Part shown: positions 58,005-64,000 of the stretch, in pieces | Layout of the letters: each line of letters opens with the position of its first letter | Position numbering within the stretch: the first letter of the stretch is position 1 | NCBI GenBank assembly: GCA_041666145.1 | Contig: JBAYHK010000001.1 | Coordinates: 67,810-131,809 of the forward strand | Origin: Patescibacteria group bacterium | GTDB lineage: Bacteria; Patescibacteriota; Patescibacteriia; UBA9934 | Direction of reading: 5' to 3' | DNA length: 64,000 nt | The notes under the pieces: generated by a model | Seen by the model: the letters and a program-made list of their open reading frames with translations, nothing else | Databases searched by the model: none | Told to the model about the DNA's origin: nothing | Translations under genes and position numbers: made by a program

Positions 58005-58583
58005 TTATTTGCTCCTACCATTTTTTGACCGATAGAGGATCAGAATGATGCAGCAATTTGTAGCCGCCCAATACAGGGGAAAGGCAATCGATGAGATAGA
58101 CGGTGTCCGTATTGCTGAAAAACTTGTAAGGGCATTGAACAGGCCCGTGGTATATGCGAGCGGGGTTTCAGACTTGGGATGGGTCCATGCTTTGAGGACG
58201 GTAGGGGCTGTTGCGAACGCGTCACTTAGTATGGCAAATGTGATCGCTACAATCGGCTCCCGCGTGGCGTACCAAAGGATGAGCGCAAGAATGGAGCAAA
58301 GACCGCATAAGTAATCAAAGGTTTCTAGTCTCCAGTAGGCCTGTCGGTTCGTAAAAGATGCAAGCAGAACCAATGCGGCACTCGACCCAGAAATGATCGT
58401 AGGAAGCGCAGCCCAGCCGGCTCCATCCGCCAATGCAGCGACCCCAGCAATTAAGGGGGCGATTGACCACATTAGCCAGGTTACTTTGTTTGGCTTTGTT
58501 TTTCCTTGCAGCGTTTCTTTCAGGTATGCTGCGATACCGACAAGCTGGACGACCGCTCCGAGAAGTACAAGGTATTGCAGCAT
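58005..58583 (-). CDS. Hypothetical polytopic membrane protein
   Basis: 192 aa, 5-6 TM helices. Confidence 0.5.
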   Translation of the reverse strand: MLQYLVLLGAVVQLVGIAAYLKETLQGKTKPNKVTWLMWSIAPLIAGVAALADGAGWAALPTIISGSSAALVLLASFTNRQAYWRLETFDYLCGLCSILALILWYATREPIVAITFAILSDAFATAPTVLKAWTHPKSETPLAYTTGLFNALTSFSAIRTPSISSIAFPLYWAATNCCIILILYRSKNGRSK

Positions 58584-58713
58584 AGCGATTCTATTTTACC
58601 TCAACAAAACAACCCTACGGAGGGTTATTTTACTCATCACTTTTACTCATTGTTCGCGCTCGGAGCTTCGGGGGACCATCCCCCATAGCCCGACAAAGTC
58701 GGGCGACGGGGGA

Positions 58714-58804
58714 TGGCGGAGAGGGAGGGATTCGAACCCTCGATACCCTTTCGGATATACATGATTTCGAGTCATGCGCGTTCGACCAGCTCTGCCACCT
58801 CTCC
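58714..58804 (-). tRNA. tRNA-Ser (anticodon CGA), long variable arm
   Basis: Reverse complement reads GGAGAGGTGGCAGAGCTGGTCGAACGCGCATGACTCGAAATCATGTATATCCGAAAGGGTATCGAGGGTTCGAATCCCTCCCTCTCCGCCA. Confidence 0.85.
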
Positions 58805-58887
58805 AGGTGCTGGTAACGGCAGTAGGATATAGGTTTTTTTCAGGAGAATCAAGGCGGTGGCCGGGGCGCAATGTATACTCGAGACAT

Positions 58888-59361
58888 ATGAAAACATCTC
58901 AAAAAATTCTTCCGTATCTCCTTGGCGTTGTGCTGTGTCAGGCGGCTGGAATCTTCGGTTCGTTTTTTACAATTTCAGAGATTCCAACTTGGTATGCGGC
59001 ACTAAATCAGCCAACGTGGCAGCCGCCGAGTTGGTTGTTTGGTCCAGTTTGGACCTTCCTTTATATATGCATGGGCATCGCTGGCGCTCGGATTTGGATG
59101 AAAACAAAGAGCGGCGACATGCTTCGGAGAATTTTCATTGGGCAGCTTTTCTTGAATGCGCTTTGGACTCCAGTCTTCTTTTTCGCGCACAACGTCGTTG
59201 GAGCCCTGGTGATCATCGTCGCGCTCGATATCTGTGTCGGGATTTTGACCTGGAAGCTTCGTTCCGTTGATAGAACCGCGACGATCCTTCTGCTCCCGTA
59301 TCTCGCCTGGATCCTCTTTGCAACTGCGCTGAATACTGCAATACTGATTTTGAATCCTTAA
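58888..59361 (+). CDS. tspO: TspO/MBR tryptophan-rich sensory protein
   Basis: WYAALNQPTWQPPSWLFGPVWTFLYICMGIAG is the hallmark motif. The ORF-track N-terminal extension overlaps tRNA-Ser and is rejected. Confidence 0.9.
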   Translation: MKTSQKILPYLLGVVLCQAAGIFGSFFTISEIPTWYAALNQPTWQPPSWLFGPVWTFLYICMGIAGARIWMKTKSGDMLRRIFIGQLFLNALWTPVFFFAHNVVGALVIIVALDICVGILTWKLRSVDRTATILLLPYLAWILFATALNTAILILNP

Positions 59362-59373
59362 AACACTGCCGTT

Positions 59374-60189
59374 ATGCAGTACAAGCACGCAACGCTCCTC
59401 CTCTTCATTGTCTTTATTGGCACCGGTATTTTGACGGTTGCCGTTTTTGAGCGTCGTTCTGCGCTTGAAGAGATGGAAGAGCTTGCGGCAATCCAGCTTG
59501 ATGAAACGGCTGCTGGAGACGGTTTGCCTATAACGTATCAATCCTTGGATATCGACTTTAATGGAGACGGAACGAGTGAAAAGGTTGTTCTCACGATTGT
59601 GGAAGATGATATAAACGGGAATGTTGTGACGTTGTCTGTGAACGAATCGAGTGTAGAGGTGGACGGAAATAATTCGCAGGGATATTTCAGTCTTGTTGAC
59701 TTGAACGCTACGGATTCATGGAAGGAGATCGCGATTTCAGATCTTGGTCCAAGCTCCGATTTCAGCACAGAGTTCTACCGGTTCGATGGCTCGAAGTTAG
59801 TAAAGATCGGATCGACTCAGGGGTTGTTTGAAGACATGGTGTTTGATGGAGCGGGGAAGTTAACGACGACCACTCGAGGATCAATTCTTGATACCTGGTT
59901 CTTTGCCGATGATTACATGCTGATTGATGGAGAATTACAGCATGTCGATAAAGACTTTTATCCGCGACTTGATGACATGAAGGTGACGATGTCGTCGGTA
60001 ATGGATTTCCAGATATCGCCAGCAGACCCGTTGATTGCATTTTCTACAGTCGCTAATGACGTCATCACCATTGTTGGTTGCGATAATATCGAGTGGTGTA
60101 AGGCAAAAAATACGTCGAATGTTGAAGGATGGTTTTCGGTAAAGACCACAGATCTCTCTGTGTTCGAAGGACTATCAACCGCGGATTAA
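59374..60189 (+). CDS. Hypothetical membrane-anchored extracytoplasmic protein
   Basis: N-terminal TM. Acidic Asp-rich extracellular domain. Confidence 0.5.
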   Translation: MQYKHATLLLFIVFIGTGILTVAVFERRSALEEMEELAAIQLDETAAGDGLPITYQSLDIDFNGDGTSEKVVLTIVEDDINGNVVTLSVNESSVEVDGNNSQGYFSLVDLNATDSWKEIAISDLGPSSDFSTEFYRFDGSKLVKIGSTQGLFEDMVFDGAGKLTTTTRGSILDTWFFADDYMLIDGELQHVDKDFYPRLDDMKVTMSSVMDFQISPADPLIAFSTVANDVITIVGCDNIEWCKAKNTSNVEGWFSVKTTDLSVFEGLSTAD

Positions 60190-60239
60190 GTAATTGATTA
60201 CGATGAAAAATACAGCTCTACATTTGAGCTGTATTTTTT

Positions 60240-60280
60240 GTCATTGCGAGGACGGTAATCCAGACGAAGCAATCTTGGTT
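60240..60280. repeat. REP/MITE-like element copy C (GTCATTGCGAGGACGGTAATCCAGACGAAGCAATCTTGGTT), single arm
   Basis: Follows terminator aatacagctctacatttgagctgtatttttt. Confidence 0.65.
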
Positions 60281-60935
60281 ACAACGTTGGACTGTCTTGT
60301 TTCAGTGTTTCTTTGTTGACTTCTTTTGCTTGCCAGAGGACTTGAGTGATCGTATGGCCAAGATGCGTGACTCCCATATCGTAATTACTAGGGTTACGAG
60401 GATTGGTAATGGGCTTGATTCTTCCATACTCTTCGGATCCGATGTATTTCGCGGTAGTACTATCGAAATTAAAGACGGGGCTGACGTTTCTTACGGATGG
60501 AAAGCCGTATTCAAATGGAACTGATCCCTGTTTTAATTCAGCGGTGTGTATTTCACACGAATCTTCTCCTGTTGTTAGCGCAAAACCAGGGTATTCCATA
60601 AGCCCCTTTAATTTTTTTACCGCAAGAGGATCAACGAAGAAAATGTGGTTTGCGATCGGTTGCAATTTATACGTATTGTCATCCTCATCATCCATTCCCG
60701 GAAACTTTGGCTGGAATCGCAAGCATGACCCGTCATGAAGAACAAAATAATGTGATCCATTTTCTGTTCGGAATATAGAAGAAAAGCGTTCTTTTTCTTT
60801 AAGCAGCTGCTCAAGAAGCTTGTCGACTCCCTTTTCGTCATAGTCGGATTCGCAGATTTTTTCTTTGAGCCCTTCTCTACTTATTGGAGATAGCTTCGGT
60901 TTTTCTGCGGTGAATTTTTCAAATGAATTCGACAT
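60279..60935 (-). CDS. Hypothetical cytoplasmic protein
   Basis: 218 aa. No motif recognised. Confidence 0.45.
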   Translation of the reverse strand: MSNSFEKFTAEKPKLSPISREGLKEKICESDYDEKGVDKLLEQLLKEKERFSSIFRTENGSHYFVLHDGSCLRFQPKFPGMDDEDDNTYKLQPIANHIFFVDPLAVKKLKGLMEYPGFALTTGEDSCEIHTAELKQGSVPFEYGFPSVRNVSPVFNFDSTTAKYIGSEEYGRIKPITNPRNPSNYDMGVTHLGHTITQVLWQAKEVNKETLKQDSPTL

Positions 60936-60998
60936 ATATTTGTTTCATTGTAACAAAACAACCCCGTAGGAGAGGTTGTTTTGTGGAACGGTCGAGTG

Positions 60999-61343
60999 TT
61001 ATTTCTTATGCGCCTCTTTATGTGCCAAGTTCCAGAGTTCTCCAATGACGTATCCCACGATGTAACCAATGATTCCTGTTACAAGAATGAGGAGGATTGC
61101 ATTGCCGAGTGCGAACGGAAGAATGGAATAGTCCATGGCCATGAAATGCAGACCAAGAATCCAGTCCATGAATGGCTGAGCGACTTTTCCAAGAACCATG
61201 AGCGCCCACATTGCGTGCAAAATAGCGAACGTTCCTCCACACACTAATCCCACTTTATGCGAATGAACTTTGTTCATAGCAATAAAATAAACGTGACTCA
61301 TGAGTGAAGTATATAGCAGGGATGGTGGCTGAGAGCGCGTCAA
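60999..61343 (-). CDS. Small hypothetical membrane protein
   Basis: 3 hydrophobic helices. Confidence 0.4.
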   Translation of the reverse strand: MTRSQPPSLLYTSLMSHVYFIAMNKVHSHKVGLVCGGTFAILHAMWALMVLGKVAQPFMDWILGLHFMAMDYSILPFALGNAILLILVTGIIGYIVGYVIGELWNLAHKEAHKK

Positions 61344-61346
61344 ATA

Positions 61347-61955
61347 TTAGTCGATAATATATTTTCTTACGAAGACAGGTTTGCTCTGCGCGAGTGCCTT
61401 ATCGATCGTGTCTTGAGTGCCTTTGCTTTCATTAACCTGAAACCCGAGAAGTGCGTCTGCGGCTTCGATGACTTTTGTATTTCGTTCGAAATATGTCGTT
61501 GGATCTACGGAGGTATTTAGCGCATTCTCGATGATCGCTGATGGATTGCGTTTCTTCACTTCTTCAAGTTGTTTGATCAACGTTTCGGCCTGATCTTGAG
61601 TAATTACTCCTTCTTCTGCACGCTTTCGATAATGAGTTGCATATCGTTCTAATGTAACAGGAAGAAAGATTTTAATGTGTTCAGCTGTCGGGTCGAGTAG
61701 TAATGCTTCGTCGGTAGCAAAGAAGTCGACAGATAGTGCTCCGCCGGAAACTATTCCGCCGTTGTGAAGATAGATTTCACGAACCGATTCTCTGACGTCG
61801 TGTTCGATCTCTTCATTCGTTTTTGCCCAGGTTCCAGCAATACCGAACCACAAAGTCGATTTTTCTGATTTTCTCTCAAGCTCAGCGAAGAGCTCATTTA
61901 GAGATCGAATTTCTTTTTGCATAGGATGAAATTTTATTAGTCTGATCGGCGTCAC
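61347..61955 (-). CDS. Hypothetical protein (possible Rossmann/SLOG-like fold)
   Basis: 202 aa. GIAGTWAKT...NGGIVSGGALSVD glycine-rich segments. Assignment weak. Confidence 0.4.
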   Translation of the reverse strand: MTPIRLIKFHPMQKEIRSLNELFAELERKSEKSTLWFGIAGTWAKTNEEIEHDVRESVREIYLHNGGIVSGGALSVDFFATDEALLLDPTAEHIKIFLPVTLERYATHYRKRAEEGVITQDQAETLIKQLEEVKKRNPSAIIENALNTSVDPTTYFERNTKVIEAADALLGFQVNESKGTQDTIDKALAQSKPVFVRKYIID

Positions 61956-62065
61956 TCTTGAGAATATACGCCGTGTACATATATTTTGTCATGATAACAA
62001 AACACCCCCTTTCGGAGGCTATGAACTTGTTCCTCTTCGCTCCTCGCTTGCGCTCAGAGCTCCGG

Positions 62066-62160
62066 GGGATGGCGGTGTCAGCGGGTTTGGCACTGGATTT
62101 ACGAAGGTCTTTGAAGGAGTTTTCGACGGCTTCTCTTTGAATGATTTTGAGGCATGTGGG
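62066..62160. repeat. Dispersed repeat R2 (direct-orientation copy immediately upstream of gene 62141..63211)
   Basis: GGATGGCGGTGTCAGCGGGTTTGGCACTGGATTT...GATTTTGAGGCATGTGGG. Confidence 0.6.
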
Positions 62161-63211
62161 TCGGAGGATGTTGCGACATCGTCGTGGTACGATTTATAAA
62201 ATTATTGTGGTGTTTATGAAAATTGGAGAATTTGGTAGCGAATCAAAAGACGGAGGAATGGCGGAAGCTGAACGATGTGAATTTCGCGTCTGGGAGAGTT
62301 TACGTACAGAATCCGCGCGACGCGAATATGAGGCGCTAACGGAAGAAGAGAGGGCGTATATTAACGGAGCATCGGACGTACTCGCGAATCATGCTCTGGA
62401 CATTACTTTTTTCAGTAAGCCTATTGGCGGGTATGTAGATCCAAGAGTATCGAAAACCCCACCCGAATATAACTGGTCGATTAATTTAGGAGACGGGGGG
62501 CATGATCGGAGCATTGTTGATGCCGTAAAATTGTATCGAAAACGAGAGCAAACTCTTGATCCAACCCTGAGAGATCTTCTTGGCAGCAAGCTGCGTTGCA
62601 ACACAGTCTTTATTCTTGGACTTCCCACTTTGACAGATTTTGGACGTTCGGAAGATGATCCACGTTACCAGTCATATAAAGCGTCTTCAAAAGATGAGGC
62701 AATCGTATTGGCAAAGTTGGCTGCTCCGCCTGGATCGCTTGCAAATATTCAAGAGGAAACACGTGGTGTATTCGCTGATTTTTCCTTGCGTGTAAGATAT
62801 CCTGTCGAAGTGCAGAATATTTTTCTCAGTAAAGAGAATGCGTACTTACTCCATTTTGTTCTCCAGCACGCTGCCATGAAATTTGATCCGGCATACACGG
62901 TATATTTTGACGGATCCTTATCGGGAGAAAAGATGTTCGGAGCGGAAAAAGAAGGTCCCACGATCGTTGTTGTAGATGAAATCAAAATGAAAGTTCTCTC
63001 AGGCGAGGAGCGGAAACCGGCAAAAAGGAATGGATCACGTACCGTGGGAGAGATGTATGAACATATTGCACCGATGGTATCAAGCGGAAGGGCACAGAGC
63101 TTTGCTCCTTGGGTTTGGCAAACGAATAGAGGAAAATTCGACTCCGCTGCACGAGAACGGGCGAACGAATATCCTCGTCCTCCAATCGGTCCGGCAGACA
63201 CAAAAAAGTAG
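62141..63211 (+). CDS. Hypothetical protein flanked by direct repeats R2/R3 (probable start at internal Met ~62216)
   Basis: 356 aa ORF. No motif recognised. Confidence 0.45.
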   Translation: MILRHVGRRMLRHRRGTIYKIIVVFMKIGEFGSESKDGGMAEAERCEFRVWESLRTESARREYEALTEEERAYINGASDVLANHALDITFFSKPIGGYVDPRVSKTPPEYNWSINLGDGGHDRSIVDAVKLYRKREQTLDPTLRDLLGSKLRCNTVFILGLPTLTDFGRSEDDPRYQSYKASSKDEAIVLAKLAAPPGSLANIQEETRGVFADFSLRVRYPVEVQNIFLSKENAYLLHFVLQHAAMKFDPAYTVYFDGSLSGEKMFGAEKEGPTIVVVDEIKMKVLSGEERKPAKRNGSRTVGEMYEHIAPMVSSGRAQSFAPWVWQTNRGKFDSAARERANEYPRPPIGPADTKK

Positions 63212-63373
63212 AGCGCGTGAGCATCAATGATTTCGTGCGAAACTTATCGGAAGATGAGCGTCCAGGTGTACACAAAGCAAAACAACCCCGAAAAGGGTTG
63301 TTTTGTAATCGACAAGGCCCTATTGGTCGCGCCGTGTGCTTGAGGTACTCGGGTTGTCCGATAAGACGTTCTC

Positions 63374-63470
63374 GTGGCGGTGTCTGTGGGTTTAGTACCA
63401 AAATTATACCGAACCTTGAATAGGTTTTTGAAGATTCTCACTTTGGCGATTTTTAGGCAGACGGGTTTGT
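63374..63470. repeat. Dispersed repeat R3 (direct-orientation copy immediately downstream of gene 62141..63211)
   Basis: GTGGCGGTGTCTGTGGGTTTAGTACCAAAATT...GATTTTTAGGCAGACGGG. Confidence 0.6.
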
Positions 63471-63488
63471 GACATTGGTATGACATTC

Positions 63489-63965
63489 TCAACCAGTCGT
63501 GGAATTCTTTTTAACGCCCGAAATGAAATAGTCTTCCAATTTTTTTTTGAAGCTTCCAAAATCTATCTCTTCGCTAAGAGGGAATCTTAGAAGCTCAATT
63601 CTGGAACCGGCCTCTTCGGCCTCTATGACAATCTCGCTACCGCTTGTATAGGCAGTAAACCTTGGATAAAACTCCAAATAACCAAGAGCGTTAAAGAGCC
63701 CGAGCCCATTTGTGTACTTTCGATTTTTTGTATCGATGCCATAGCCGCCTTGTTTAGTAGAGAAGGTGACTGGTTTTAACAAAGCTACAACTTGAGCAAG
63801 AACCTCTTTGATAGCCGCGTCTATCTTTTCAAATAACGCGATTAGGTCTTGCAAATATTTATAATCGTGGCGTTGTTGAATTTGGATTTTTAAATCCCCC
63901 AGTTTTTCACCCGCATCCATATTCTCTTTTGGTGTTTTGGCTGTCGCAACATTCGCCAGCTCCAT
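63489..63965 (-). CDS. Hypothetical protein
   Basis: 158 aa ORF. No motif recognised. Confidence 0.4.
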   Translation of the reverse strand: MELANVATAKTPKENMDAGEKLGDLKIQIQQRHDYKYLQDLIALFEKIDAAIKEVLAQVVALLKPVTFSTKQGGYGIDTKNRKYTNGLGLFNALGYLEFYPRFTAYTSGSEIVIEAEEAGSRIELLRFPLSEEIDFGSFKKKLEDYFISGVKKNSTTG

Positions 63966-64000
63966 TTTTAATGACTCAATGGTCTGCCACCTGTCATTTA

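Noticed and set aside
58774-58887. N-terminal extension of the TspO ORF
   Set aside because: Overlaps tRNA-Ser on the opposite strand. The true start MKTSQKIL is at 58888.

Overview
This 64 kb window is a gene-dense chromosomal segment of a small-genome bacterium and includes the replication origin. The evidence for the origin is the gene order rpmH-rnpA-yidD on the minus strand facing dnaA-dnaN on the plus strand, with DnaA-box clusters on both sides of dnaA. Gene content (two TrmB-family regulators, an archaeal-type PGI/PMI, many secreted or surface proteins, weak Shine-Dalgarno use) suggests a Patescibacteria/CPR-like organism, but that is inference only.

Housekeeping genes I can support:
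- Replication and repair: rmuC, holA, polA, dnaA, dnaN, endonuclease IV, a PIF1/RecD-like helicase, a ComM/YifB ATPase.
- Translation and RNA: rpsT, rpsO, pnp, tig, rnpA, rpmH, yidD, and seven tRNAs (Ala, Arg x2, His, Cys, Ser; one Arg tRNA has a defective anticodon stem).
- Envelope: lspA, a LysM-M23 peptidase, PBP1A, a 3D-domain protein, an MsbA-like ABC exporter.
- Redox cluster: a TlpA-like redoxin, cysteine desulfurase, ferredoxin, an FAD reductase, and a Trx-CcdA fusion.

Accessory content:
- A four-gene operon of secreted or surface proteins (1.9-8.8 kb).
- Four perfect parS sites interleaved with tRNAs (9.0-9.7 kb).
- A tRNA-adjacent tyrosine recombinase with a YefM/PemK toxin-antitoxin pair.
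- A tandem array of about 400 bp cassettes (28.9-30.6 kb). Each cassette carries a small two-TM protein gene and a near-identical bidirectional terminator, and the non-coding parts are more conserved than the coding parts. This is my top candidate for an undescribed system and may be type-I toxin-antitoxin-like.
- Several short repeat families (a REP/MITE-like element GTCATTGCGAGGA..GGTAATCC..GACGAAGCAATC, direct repeats flanking a 1.3 kb cassette, and a shared terminator stem), plus a sulfotransferase and TspO near the 3' end.

Coordinates for tRNAs and short motifs were counted by hand and may be off by 1-2 nt.
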